Positions 47,147 to 56,442 of a stretch of DNA of 60,536 nucleotides are shown here, one piece after another. Within the stretch, counting starts at the first letter, position 1. Each line of letters begins with the position of its first letter. The DNA is from a virus. Lineage: Duplodnaviria; Caudoviricetes. Under the pieces are notes generated by a model. That model saw only the letters and a list, made by a program, of their open reading frames with translations, did not search any database and was not told the DNA's origin. The position numbers and the translations under genes are program-made. Location of the stretch: IMG/VR virus record IMGVR_UViG_3300044648_000299, positions 1 to 60,536 of that record, one strand, 5' to 3'.

Positions 47147-48545
47147 CCACCCCCGTCAACGCCGACCCCGTCGTTGCCGCGAGGCGCACGTTCTGGGCGA
47201 TCGCCACCGGGTTGTACTGGCGGGCTCTGCGTTCCCGCATACCGCGCTTCTCCTGCTCGGAGTAGCCGACGTCAATCCATCCCTGCTCGTCGTCGATCAG
47301 GCCCGACTGAATGCCCTTCACGGCAGCGTCCATCTTCGACGCCAGAGTCGGGGTCGCGGCGTTGCGCCACTTCGACTCCAGCCCTGCGATCTCAGCCGGG
47401 TCGTTGCCGAGGATCGTCCACACGATGCGCTGCGCCCGCTCCCACGCGCCGCCCATCCACAGCTGTCGCTTCTCGGTGCGGCGCACCAGCCGCTCCAGGG
47501 AGAAGTTGATGGACTCCGCCGACGGCGGGTTGTCGCTGGAGTAGCCCATGTAGTTCGGGGGCAGCCCGTACACCGACGCGGCGAGCGTGGCCAGCATCTT
47601 CACCGACTCGTGGAAGTTCCGCAGGTCAGAGGCGCTGAACTGGCCCAGCTTCACCTCGGGCGCTTCCGACATGCCGTCGTCGCTCTTGGCGTGCGGGACC
47701 GCCCACACATCGCCCAGGGCGACCTTCCACAGCGGGATCTCCTGGCCGTTCTCGTCGACGAAGTCCTTCTGAGAGACGCCCACCGCGTACTTGCGCGGCA
47801 CGGCGTGGTGCTCGCCGGCGGCCATCATGTTCGTCGCGAACTGGTTCGCGCCGTCCACCAGCGGCTTGATTGCCACCAAGTCGCTACGGCCGGTGCCGCG
47901 GCGTGGCTTGTTCAGCATCGGCACGATCGGGATGCTCGGCAGCGTCGGGTCCTGCGCGATCCGGTCCGCCCAATCACCCAGCTTCGTCTCGGAGACGATC
48001 TCGCCGTTCTCCAGCTCGAACGCCCGGCCAGGCAGGTACAGCGCACCGAACGTGTCCACCGACCCCGGCGCGTCGTCCTGCCACACCCGGACACCCGCGA
48101 TCGGCTGCCGGGTCCGCGGGTCGATCTCCACCGCGACCTGGTCGCAGTACTCCGTGGTCACCATCGGATAGGCGCCATCACCAGGGCCGACCATGATGAA
48201 GTGCTGCCCCGACGTCATCGCCGCCAGGTGCGCCTCGCTGGAGTACTCGTCCAGGTCGTTCGCCTGCCACGTGGCCACCAGCTCGTCGACCTGCGTGTCC
48301 CGGTCGGCCATGAGGAACGTCTCCAGGATGAGGCGTTCCTCGACCGACTCCAGCACCAGCTCAGGCCACGAGATCATCAACGCCGGGAACCGCTCGCCCT
48401 GCTCCTGGAGGATCTTCGCCACGTAGTACAGCGGCTGCTCCAGGTCGACGTACTGCCACCAGTTCACCGCCGCGGTGCGCTGAAGCATCCGCCGCACGTT
48501 CAGGCGGTAGTACCACTCCTCGGGCTTCAGGTCCGACAGCTTCAC
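47121..48545 (-). CDS. Portal protein (SPP1 gp6-like)
   Basis: WP.LV...EERL, WQANDL, G.S.L, DNPPSAE. Confidence 0.9.
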   Translation of the reverse strand: MKLSDLKPEEWYYRLNVRRMLQRTAAVNWWQYVDLEQPLYYVAKILQEQGERFPALMISWPELVLESVEERLILETFLMADRDTQVDELVATWQANDLDEYSSEAHLAAMTSGQHFIMVGPGDGAYPMVTTEYCDQVAVEIDPRTRQPIAGVRVWQDDAPGSVDTFGALYLPGRAFELENGEIVSETKLGDWADRIAQDPTLPSIPIVPMLNKPRRGTGRSDLVAIKPLVDGANQFATNMMAAGEHHAVPRKYAVGVSQKDFVDENGQEIPLWKVALGDVWAVPHAKSDDGMSEAPEVKLGQFSASDLRNFHESVKMLATLAASVYGLPPNYMGYSSDNPPSAESINFSLERLVRRTEKRQLWMGGAWERAQRIVWTILGNDPAEIAGLESKWRNAATPTLASKMDAAVKGIQSGLIDDEQGWIDVGYSEQEKRGMRERRARQYNPVAIAQNVRLAATTGSALTGVGGAAAAGG

Positions 48546-48554
48546 GCGGACCTC

Positions 48555-50225
48555 CTACCTGCGAGAAGAGACCACCACGCGCCGCTGCGAGGTGTCGTCG
48601 TCGGTCGCGCCGGCCAGACGCGCATCGGACCGGGCCTCGTGCGCGAGGACCGAGCACACCGCAAGGTCGATCTTCTGGTGCTCCGAGGGCTTGCCCAGGC
48701 CGTACCGCTCACCCGGCTTCGCCACCCTCCGGGCGTTGCCCACGTGGATACCGGTGACCTTGCAGTCGTCGTGGGTGATGACCAGAGGCAGGTCAGCGAC
48801 GAACCGCTTCAGCGACTCGTGCATCTGCACCGGCCGGTTCGTCTCCCACTTGATCACCCGCTTCTCGCCGTACTGCAACTGCCAGCCCTCGATCTCCGTC
48901 TTCCACTCGCGCACGTCGCAGTACATCCGCAGCACGCGGTAGGTCGACATCAGGTGGTCCAGGGCCGCCGCGACCTCCAGCCGGGGGATCTCGCTCGAGA
49001 ACTTGGTCGGATCCCAGATCGTCGGCTGGTCGTCCGGGCCGAACGTCGGCGTGAACTGGAAGCCGTCCAGCGTCTCTGCCCGGATCGCCGTCCAGTCCCC
49101 GGTATCGCTGCCGTCGAAGCCCAGGCAGATCTTCGTCTTCGCCGGGACGATCCGCGGCGGCAACCCCAGAGCCCTGCGGCCCCGGCTGTCCCACAGCCCG
49201 TCCTTGAGCCAAGACCCAGTACCCGACGTGCAGCGATTGCCGTAGAACCGCTCCGCCTGCGCCGGGTCCTTCTCCGCGATCTCCGCCGCCTCGGCCTCGA
49301 TCGCGTCCAGGTCGATGTGCCCGCCACGCTCCCGCAGCGAGTTGCCGTACACGTAGCGGTGGATCTGCGCCCGCTCCCGCTTGTTCCTGTACGACAGGTG
49401 CTTCGGCGCCTGCGGGTGATACCGGAACACGTCCTTCGACGTCGACTCCGCCGTCTGCTGCGCGACGCTGTTCTCCGCCGGGTCGTAGGCGTTCGTCGTC
49501 TCCTCGGCCCGGCCACCCATGCCCGACAAGCCGCGGCGCTGCGTCGACGCCACCTTGTCCATCTTGTTCGACACCGTCCAGATGCCGACCTCGTCCTGCG
49601 GCACGAACGTCACACGCTGCCCCAGCCGGGACTGCGCCGACGACGTCACCGTGTCGATCCGCCCGCCGTTCGGGAGTCGGATGAACTCCTCACCCGTGCG
49701 CGGGATGACCTCCGACAGCGGACCCTTCTCGATCATCGGCCGCAGCGCGTCGTAGACGTTGTCCGTCTGCTCCTCGGAGAACGCCGTGATCTGGATCAGC
49801 GGAGTCGGCCACGGCATCCCCATCGGCTCGCCCGGCTCGTACTCGTAGATCCAGCCACAACCGCAACCGTGGTGGCGGCAGTCGTAGACCTCCCCGCCCT
49901 TCGCCCATCCGGCGAACAGCGCAGGACCCACACCCTCCAGGCACACGTGCGCCGCCGTGTACGGCCCCTTGCCCGCCTTCTGCGGTAGCACGATCTGCGA
50001 CCGCCGGTAGTAGAACGCCGGCGCCAGGATCGGATTGGACGGCACCCACAGCGCCGTGGGCTTGACCCGGTAGAAGTTCGCCAAGCACCAGGCCTGCCAG
50101 TCGATCAGCTCGAACGGCTCGCCTTGCCGGAACCCGTCCGGGATGACGCAGTGGTGCTCCGTCCAGTCCAGTGCGACGAACAGCGTGGGGAAGTCGACGA
50201 CGAACGGATCAGGCGCCGTCGCCAT
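48555..50225 (-). CDS. terL: Terminase large subunit
   Basis: PQKAGKG Walker A, QDE Walker B, TTNA, LGFDGS..D, KID. Confidence 0.92.
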   Translation of the reverse strand: MATAPDPFVVDFPTLFVALDWTEHHCVIPDGFRQGEPFELIDWQAWCLANFYRVKPTALWVPSNPILAPAFYYRRSQIVLPQKAGKGPYTAAHVCLEGVGPALFAGWAKGGEVYDCRHHGCGCGWIYEYEPGEPMGMPWPTPLIQITAFSEEQTDNVYDALRPMIEKGPLSEVIPRTGEEFIRLPNGGRIDTVTSSAQSRLGQRVTFVPQDEVGIWTVSNKMDKVASTQRRGLSGMGGRAEETTNAYDPAENSVAQQTAESTSKDVFRYHPQAPKHLSYRNKRERAQIHRYVYGNSLRERGGHIDLDAIEAEAAEIAEKDPAQAERFYGNRCTSGTGSWLKDGLWDSRGRRALGLPPRIVPAKTKICLGFDGSDTGDWTAIRAETLDGFQFTPTFGPDDQPTIWDPTKFSSEIPRLEVAAALDHLMSTYRVLRMYCDVREWKTEIEGWQLQYGEKRVIKWETNRPVQMHESLKRFVADLPLVITHDDCKVTGIHVGNARRVAKPGERYGLGKPSEHQKIDLAVCSVLAHEARSDARLAGATDDDTSQRRVVVSSRR

Positions 50226-50667
50226 CGACGACCTTGAACCTCTCGCGCGCCGACCTGCGTGCCGCGGGCGGCTTCACGGACGGAGACGAGTCAGCAGCAG
50301 CCTCGATCCGCCAGCGGTTCGCCCGCATCCCCGGAGTGGACAGCCCGAGTGAGTCGCCCATCTGCCTCACCAGCGTCCCGACCGTGACCTTCGACTCGGG
50401 CTTCTCCGCCTCGACCAGGCGTCGCACGTACAGTGCGACCTCGTGCTCCTGGTGGAAGCGGGCCCACATGAACGCCTGCGGCTTCGCCCACAGCTCCGTC
50501 CACAACGCCAGCTCCCGCTCGTCCGCATCGGTCAGCGGCCACTGCGGCGCGGGAACCTGCCGGCCCGCCGCAGGCAGGACGGTCCACTCGCCGGCGTCGC
50601 GTTCCCGTGCGAGCGCGTTCGGGTCCGGCGGTGGGCCGGACCGGGTGCGTGCTCCGCCCTTGGGCAT
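50209..50667 (-). CDS. terS: Terminase small subunit
   Basis: GGAR.RSGP.PDP.ALR-like start; W..PQA..W; LGL...G....RW.I; precedes terL. Confidence 0.8.
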   Translation of the reverse strand: MPKGGARTRSGPPPDPNALARERDAGEWTVLPAAGRQVPAPQWPLTDADERELALWTELWAKPQAFMWARFHQEHEVALYVRRLVEAEKPESKVTVGTLVRQMGDSLGLSTPGMRANRWRIEAAADSSPSVKPPAARRSARERFKVVDGDGA

Positions 50668-50887
50668 GGTGATCACCTTCCATCAGCCGCATCGCGCGGC
50701 GTCCGGGAAGCTCGGGGCGTCGCGCCGTCGAGCCGGAAGTTCTGAAGCCGCCGCACCGGCGAGACGCCTTGCTCACGGCGGGGCGTCGGGGGTGGGGGGA
50801 GGGGGCACCCCCTGGGGTGCAGGTCAGGGGGGTGATCGACCGGGTTGGTTGATCATCTGGAGGGGGTTGCGGGACGCCCGGTGATGA

Positions 50888-51321
50888 TCACGTGATGTGG
50901 TCGAGGTGGTCGTTGGTCCAGCGCTCCTGCATCAGCGCGGCGTGGTGTGTGCGGTCCCCGTGTGGTGCGTCGCGGTAGCCGTCGAGGTCGACGTGCTTGG
51001 TCCGCTGTGCTTGGAGGATGCGGGCGAGGGTGGATGCGTGGACCCAGTCGCGTCGCCGCAGTCCGTGCTTGCGTGCGTACCGTCGGGCTGCGCGCTTGGT
51101 GGGTGCGCAGATGACGGTGATGGTGCGCTTGCTGCTCACGTGCGATCAGCGGCCTGGTCCGGCTCCTTGGCCAGACGGATGAGTCCCTTGCTGCGCATCC
51201 ATGCCCAGACGAAGCCCAGTCTGGAAGTCACCGGGGTCTCGTCGAACCACTGTGGTGTGAGCAGCGGGATTGGCCAGAAGCGGTAGGCCCACCACTCGCC
51301 TCGGTACTGATCACGGGCCAT
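50888..51321 (-). CDS. Two small ORFs (50888-51139, 51136-51321)
   Basis: Coupled; RBS. Confidence 0.5.
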
Positions 51322-51322
51322 G

Positions 51323-51649
51323 TCAGCGCGCTCCCTTCCTGCTGTTGCAGGATCGACAGAGCGCTTGCAGTTCGGCCGATGGTCGCCCGGTGTGGGACAC
51401 GGGGATGACGTCGTCGGCGACGAGGTCGGTGGCTTCGTGTGCGGGGCGTTGCCAGCCGGGGCACCAGTTGCCGTGCTGTGCCCGGTGTCGACGCACCACG
51501 GCTGCTCTGCGTTTCCGCTCTGCGTGGGTGCGAGCGATCTTGGTGGGGACGGTGCGGTGCTGGCGTCTGCTGGTCTCGCGCCGGTGTTGGTCGCACTGGC
51601 CGCGGTCGACGAGTTCGGGGCAGCCGGGGGTGGAGCAGACACCAGCCAC
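51323..51649 (-). CDS. HNH endonuclease (packaging-associated), apparently degenerate
   Basis: C..PGCP.L...G.C..H; CPGW; ADDVIP; LCRSCNSRK. Confidence 0.75.
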   Translation of the reverse strand: MAGVCSTPGCPELVDRGQCDQHRRETSRRQHRTVPTKIARTHAERKRRAAVVRRHRAQHGNWCPGWQRPAHEATDLVADDVIPVSHTGRPSAELQALCRSCNSRKGAR

Positions 51650-51659
51650 GGCGCACCTC

Positions 51660-51848
51660 CTACTGCTCGTGCCGCTCTCGCCCGTCGAGGCTGTGGTGCA
51701 CGACCAGCCAGCTGTCCCCTCCCCGTGTGCGGGGGACGTGTTCGACGGTGGGTATGCACACGCAGTCGTCGCCGTCGTGCGTGATGAGGTCGTTGACGGG
51801 CAGGACTTCGGTGCCGTGGTCGGTGTTCTGTGCGAGCCACGTGGTCAT
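51660..51848 (-). CDS. Small conserved phage protein
   Basis: V.PVNDL..H...C.C.P...HHSLDGRE. Confidence 0.65.
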   Translation of the reverse strand: MTTWLAQNTDHGTEVLPVNDLITHDGDDCVCIPTVEHVPRTRGGDSWLVVHHSLDGRERHEQ

Positions 51849-52927
51849 CGGTGGTTCCTGACCTGCCACCGGAACGGGTAGGCGCTGCTGTAGTAGAGCT
51901 TGCCGCTGGTTCCGGTGGTGCGGATGGCGAGGACGACGTGGACCTGGCCGTCGGTGTCGATCAGGTCGGGGGTGACGGTGGCTGCGGCGTACCAGCCGGT
52001 GGGGCGCAGGCCGGGGTAGAGCGCGGGGTCGCCTTCGGGGCTGGGTGTGCTGGTCTCGGTGGAGCCGAACCACACGAGCGCGCCGTCAACGGTGATGGCG
52101 ATCTCGTAGAAGCTGTCGTTGTCGGCGAGGCTGAGCCACCCGCCTTGGATTTGGAGTTCGTCGCCGGGCTGCGCGTCGATGGCGAGTTCTCCGACGGGCG
52201 CGTACTGCTGCCACACGCCACCCGTGTTGGGGAGGTTGTCGCCGGCAGGGGTGCCGGTGGTGACGCGGGCGCGGACTTGGTGGCTGCGGTACTGGGGGTG
52301 CGGGTCGGCGGCCTGCGCGTGGGCGGTGAGTGCGTCGCCGAGTTCGGTGGTGGTGACGAGGTCGACGAGGGCGAGGGGCTGGACGTAGCGCGCGTCACCG
52401 CGGGTCTGTGTCAGGTAGTGGGGGTGGTCGTCGTCGGTGAGGCCGGTGAGCTGACCGTGGTCGGTGGTGCCGCCTCCGGTGCTGCTGGCGCCGCCTGTTT
52501 CGAGGTTGTCGAGGCGGGCGTCGATGGCGGCGAGTGCGGTGTCGAGGCCGGTGATCTCGGCGATCTGGTGGAGGTGGCCGAGGAGCGCGAAGAACTCGAC
52601 CTGTGCTGCTGCGGCGGCGGCGCGGTAGGTGTCGGCGAAGTGCAGTTCGCCGTCTCCGGCTGTGACGGTGAGGAGGTAGACGTCCTTCAGCACGTCGGTG
52701 TCGATGCGGACGACGTAGTGCCAGGCCGCGGCGGGCAGGACGATGTTGAACGCACCGGCGGTGAGGGTGGCGGTGAGGGGCCGGTCGGGGCCGATGACGA
52801 CGTTGTTGGTGGCGTCGTAGAGCGGTTGGGACAGGGTGAAGGTGAGGGTTCCGGTGGCGGGGTTTCCGTCGGGTCCGAGGATGGTGCCGGTGTAGGTGCG
52901 GGTGGTGATGGCGGGCGGGAAGGGCAC
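51845..52927 (-). CDS. Fibre/decoration-like structural protein upstream of terminase
   Basis: GGAGG RBS; DHG.LTGL.DDDHP.Y and H....DPHPQY fibre-type motifs; beta-rich C-terminus. Confidence 0.65.
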   Translation of the reverse strand: MPFPPAITTRTYTGTILGPDGNPATGTLTFTLSQPLYDATNNVVIGPDRPLTATLTAGAFNIVLPAAAWHYVVRIDTDVLKDVYLLTVTAGDGELHFADTYRAAAAAAQVEFFALLGHLHQIAEITGLDTALAAIDARLDNLETGGASSTGGGTTDHGQLTGLTDDDHPHYLTQTRGDARYVQPLALVDLVTTTELGDALTAHAQAADPHPQYRSHQVRARVTTGTPAGDNLPNTGGVWQQYAPVGELAIDAQPGDELQIQGGWLSLADNDSFYEIAITVDGALVWFGSTETSTPSPEGDPALYPGLRPTGWYAAATVTPDLIDTDGQVHVVLAIRTTGTSGKLYYSSAYPFRWQVRNHR

Positions 52928-53138
52928 CTGTACCTCCCGGTTGGTGTTCGCGGGCCCGGCCAGGTACCGCCGTGCCTGGCCGGGCGCCGCGCTCGACCTG
53001 CCCCCCGCAGGGCAGGGAGTGGGTCCCGGCGCTGCGCGGTGCGCCGGGGTTGGGTGGTCAGGGCCTGGCCGTGTTCTGGTCCGTGTTCGGGAGGGACTGG
53101 TTCCAGTTCGTGCGGCCCTGACCGGTCTGTGGATGCGA

Positions 53139-53175
53139 CGAAGCCCCCGTGACCGTGTGGTCTGCGGGGGCTTCG
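53139..53175 (-). terminator. Strong hairpin in the late leader
   Basis: CGAAGCCCCCG...CGGGGGCTTCG stem. Confidence 0.65.
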
Positions 53176-53232
53176 GATGCATCGCGCGTTGGGGACAGTT
53201 CACCAACATCGACAAGATAGCTTCGCTGCTGG

Positions 53233-53814
53233 TCAGTGCGCAAGTGGACGCGGTCGGGGCGTGTTGGCCTTGGTGTTCAGGTAGGCGCGCTTGACGGCGT
53301 TGTGGCGGGCGTCGGCGAGGGCGTTGTGGTGGCCGTCGGGCTGCTGCGGGAGTTCGTCCCACGGCACGCCGAGTCGGAGCGCTTCCTGCTGGATGTCGCA
53401 CGTGAACATCGGTATCCCCTCGGGGAGGTCGATCATGCGTCCCCAGAGCTGGCAGAGGGCGACGTGGTCGTACGCGCCGTAGTCAGCCCACAGGACCGGT
53501 CGCCCGGCGGCGAGGAGGAACGCCTCGACCTCGGCGGCGATCCGGGCGCGCGGCTTCACCAACCCGCTGTTGTAGTCGAACAACCAGCTCTGGGGCATGT
53601 GGTTGTTCCAGTCGCCGTACGGCTTCGGCAGCGACGGGACGACGTTGTCCATGAGCCACTGGTTCTTGCGGATGCGGCGCTCCAGCTTGCCCCTGGTCGC
53701 GTCGCGGCTGATGGCGTAGTACTCGCGGCCGTCGTCGGCGACGATCCCGATCGAGATCAGCTCGATGGTGCGGCCGTCCTCCAGGAACTCCAGGTCGTAG
53801 TCGTACTCGGTCAC
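53233..53814 (-). CDS. DEDD 3'-5' exoribonuclease (RNase AS/DUF5051-like)
   Basis: YDLEFLEDG.TIELISIG; W...NV.P.L; AYDHV.LCQLWG.M..LP; HNALADA. Confidence 0.9.
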   Translation of the reverse strand: MTEYDYDLEFLEDGRTIELISIGIVADDGREYYAISRDATRGKLERRIRKNQWLMDNVVPSLPKPYGDWNNHMPQSWLFDYNSGLVKPRARIAAEVEAFLLAAGRPVLWADYGAYDHVALCQLWGRMIDLPEGIPMFTCDIQQEALRLGVPWDELPQQPDGHHNALADARHNAVKRAYLNTKANTPRPRPLAH

Positions 53815-54014
53815 GATGCCTCCTGGTGGGCGTGCGGTGGGTGAAGCCGGTCGTAGGTGGCTTGGGCTTCGTTGAGGTCCCAGAGTCGTGCGCGGGCGGT
53901 GCCGTAGGGGGTCCAGTGGTTGAGGCTGGCCCATCTGGCGATGGTGCCCTTGGAGACGCCGTAGGCGAACGCGACGGTCTCGACGTCGACCAGCCTCTTC
54001 CGCTGCTTGATCAC
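53811..54014 (-). CDS. Small HTH protein
   Basis: VD...A.AYGVSKGTIARWAS...WDL. Confidence 0.7.
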   Translation of the reverse strand: MIKQRKRLVDVETVAFAYGVSKGTIARWASLNHWTPYGTARARLWDLNEAQATYDRLHPPHAHQEAS

Positions 54015-54673
54015 GATGCTGCTCCTGCCAGCCGGGTCCAGGTCGCGGGCGGCCAGGTCGCGCCGCACCCGGAGCAGATGACCGGGGCTCCGGGGGTGGT
54101 GTGCCACAGCGCCGTCCCGCACGTCTGGCCATCGGTGGCCTCGGGGCAGTAGCCGACCGGGCGTGGCTTGGGGGTGTGGTCTTCGACGCTCATCTCCTCG
54201 CAGGCGCGTCGGATGACCTGGTGGACCTGGGCGACGGCGTGGCAGGCGTCGGCGGCCCAGTCCTGGCGGAGGGTGAAGTCGGCCCACCGGGTGAGGTACC
54301 GGGCGGCGGGGGCGACGGCGAGGAGGTGGGTGTCGGTGTTGCCGACGGCGGTGCGGATGGCGGTGACGATCTCGCCGAGGGCGCGACGGGGGTTGAGGAG
54401 GTCGCCGTCTTCGTGCCAGGAGGTTCGGGGGTCGGTGAGGGCGACGATGGTGAGGTTGACGGGCGAGGGTGAGTGGATGCGGCCGACTCGTCCGACGGTG
54501 TCGCGCTTGACGGGGAGTCGGGCGGTGAGGGTGTCGAGCCAAGACCAGTGGCTGGGGATGTAGGCGAGGTGGTCGCGGTAGGTGTCGGCGGTGTGCTGGC
54601 AGGTGCGGAGGCCGTCGGCTGCGAGGCGGGGTGTGGTGCGGGTGCGGCAGGGGTGGCAGATGCAGTCGGTCAT
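54011..54673 (-). CDS. Zn-finger protein, possible late-gene regulator
   Basis: N-terminal CxxC; C-terminal G.CP...CG..L...CSGCG.TW; upstream of the late block. Confidence 0.6.
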   Translation of the reverse strand: MTDCICHPCRTRTTPRLAADGLRTCQHTADTYRDHLAYIPSHWSWLDTLTARLPVKRDTVGRVGRIHSPSPVNLTIVALTDPRTSWHEDGDLLNPRRALGEIVTAIRTAVGNTDTHLLAVAPAARYLTRWADFTLRQDWAADACHAVAQVHQVIRRACEEMSVEDHTPKPRPVGYCPEATDGQTCGTALWHTTPGAPVICSGCGATWPPATWTRLAGAAS

Positions 54674-55131
54674 GGTCTCCACTCCGCTCGGTAGCCCTCG
54701 TGGTGCTGGTAGGCCAGGGCGAGGGTCTTCATGGTGCGCTCGACAGCGGCATCGCGGCCGCAGTCGCATTGGCCGCCCGCGTCGTCACGGTGGCAGGTGT
54801 CGCCGTCTCGTTCTTCGGTGGCGGCGGGGCAGGTGAACCAGCCGTCGCCCTCGACGACGAGGTGCTTGCGGGCGAGAGCGTCTTCCAGCAGGGCGGTCTG
54901 CGCCTCGCACTGGGCCAGCACGGCGTGCGGGTCGTTCTCCAGGATGTGAGCGATGGACTCGTCCTCGAAGACGTGGCCGATGTGGGGCGTGATGGTGTGG
55001 CCTCTACCGGAGGAGTGCTGCTGTGATCCCCAGCCGTCTTCGGGGTCGTGCTGGAGTGCGGCGGCAGCAGCGGCGATCTGGCGGCGAGCCTCGATGCGGT
55101 CGCGGAGCCAGGGCAGCAGGTCGTCATCCAC
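54670..55131 (-). CDS. DUF6221-like protein
   Basis: L..WLR..I; HI...DP..VLA.CEA; LA..Y..H.GYR.EW.P. Confidence 0.75.
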   Translation of the reverse strand: MDDDLLPWLRDRIEARRQIAAAAAALQHDPEDGWGSQQHSSGRGHTITPHIGHVFEDESIAHILENDPHAVLAQCEAQTALLEDALARKHLVVEGDGWFTCPAATEERDGDTCHRDDAGGQCDCGRDAAVERTMKTLALAYQHHEGYRAEWRP

Positions 55132-55564
55132 GGGGCACCTCGATGTCCTGGCCCAGGAGAAGTCGCAGGGCGTTCGGGGATACCTGCACGGCCTCGAAGA
55201 CCAGCGGGGGCAGGTCGATGGGACTGTTCCAGGGGCGGTTGGGCTCGTCGTGCTCTTGCGGTGTGAGGGGCGCTGGGGGCAGCAGCGGGCCGGTCACGAA
55301 GTGGACGTTGGCGAGGGCTTGCCGGTCTTGTGGGTCGAGGGTGACGGGCTGCCGGGTGTCGGCGTAGCGGACGCGTCGGGGTGCGCCGAAGTGCAGGCCG
55401 GGGTTGTGGTGCTGCGGGTCGACGTGGACGCGAGCGGAGGCCCAGGCGTGCTGGCAGGCCTCAGAGCAGAAGTCGTCCGAGGGGGAGTTGCGGAGAGGTT
55501 CGCCGCAGCGGTGGCAGCCGGTGGCGGTGTCGATGCGGCGGAGGGTGGCGTCGAGGTCGTTCAC
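55124..55564 (-). CDS. Hypothetical protein with CxxC...FCS..CQ motif
   Basis: RBS; Zn-finger-like motif. Confidence 0.6.
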   Translation of the reverse strand: MNDLDATLRRIDTATGCHRCGEPLRNSPSDDFCSEACQHAWASARVHVDPQHHNPGLHFGAPRRVRYADTRQPVTLDPQDRQALANVHFVTGPLLPPAPLTPQEHDEPNRPWNSPIDLPPLVFEAVQVSPNALRLLLGQDIEVPRG

Positions 55565-55728
55565 GGTGTCCCCTTCGGCGGTCGGGGTCGTCCGGTGAGC
55601 GGACGTGTGTGTCCGATTATCGCACTTGAGGTGCCCGTTTGGGTGAGTGCTGCTGCCGGGTGTCGGCCGGGTAGCAGCACGGCCCCGCAGCCGGATGGGC
55701 GTACGGGGCCGTGAACGAACCGGGTGTG

Positions 55729-56139
55729 TCAGCGGTGTTCGATGATGAGGTCCAGCCCTCGATCCGGGTGGTAGGTCCAGGACGCCTTGTAGGTGCTCCA
55801 CGAGTCCTCGACGACGCCGTCGAGCGCACGAGTCCGGTCGATTTTCGCTATGACGGAATCGGGGGCGTGCAGGGCGGTCATGACGCACGCGACGTTCTTC
55901 AGGCCGGCGTCGGTGGTGACGCCGTCGTAGGTGATGGAGGAGCCGTCGGCGGCGAGGTCGGCGTGGCTGGTGGTTTTGCAGTCGGTGGCCGCGGTGGTGA
56001 GGGGGTCTTCGGGTTGTTCGGTCGGAGCCGCGCTGGTGGTGGCTAGTTGGGTGGTGGCGTAGGCGACGTACCCGGTGCCCGCGGTGGCGAGGAGGACGGT
56101 GCCGATGGCTGCGGCGAGGGTGCGGGGCGGGGTTGTCAT
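55729..56139 (-). CDS. Secreted/membrane-anchored protein
   Basis: N-terminal TM; TRALDG...W....SW.YHPD.GL. Confidence 0.7.
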   Translation of the reverse strand: MTTPPRTLAAAIGTVLLATAGTGYVAYATTQLATTSAAPTEQPEDPLTTAATDCKTTSHADLAADGSSITYDGVTTDAGLKNVACVMTALHAPDSVIAKIDRTRALDGVVEDSWSTYKASWTYHPDRGLDLIIEHR

Positions 56140-56196
56140 GTGGGCTCCTGGTGGCGGTGGTGTGTCTGGTGTGTGTCGCCGTGGCCCTGGGGTGTG

Positions 56197-56442
56197 TTAG
56201 CTGTCCTTTTTCTGTCCGGCGGTGGGTTTGAGGGCGTGGGGTGCGTCGCGGAGCGGGTCGAGCTGGGCGAGGTTGATGTTGCGCATCCGCTCGACGGGCA
56301 CGTGGAACTTTTCCCACTCGCGGGTCATGTGGGTGCTACCGGGGTGAGGGAGCATCCAGCAGGGGGTGCCGTCGGAGCGTTCGGCCGGGCACGACGTGGC
56401 GGCAGGGGGTTCGCACTCGGGCAGCGGACGCAGCTCAGGCAC
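56197..56442 (-). CDS. Small hypothetical protein
   Basis: GAGGAG RBS. Confidence 0.5.
   Translation of the reverse strand: MPELRPLPECEPPAATSCPAERSDGTPCWMLPHPGSTHMTREWEKFHVPVERMRNINLAQLDPLRDAPHALKPTAGQKKDS

Noticed and set aside
3095-50830. TGACCTGC-like motif at the array, origin, attP and cos as a shared host-factor site
   Set aside because: Also occurs within ordinary coding sequence (e.g. about 1889, 23313, 26857); enrichment cannot be shown by eye
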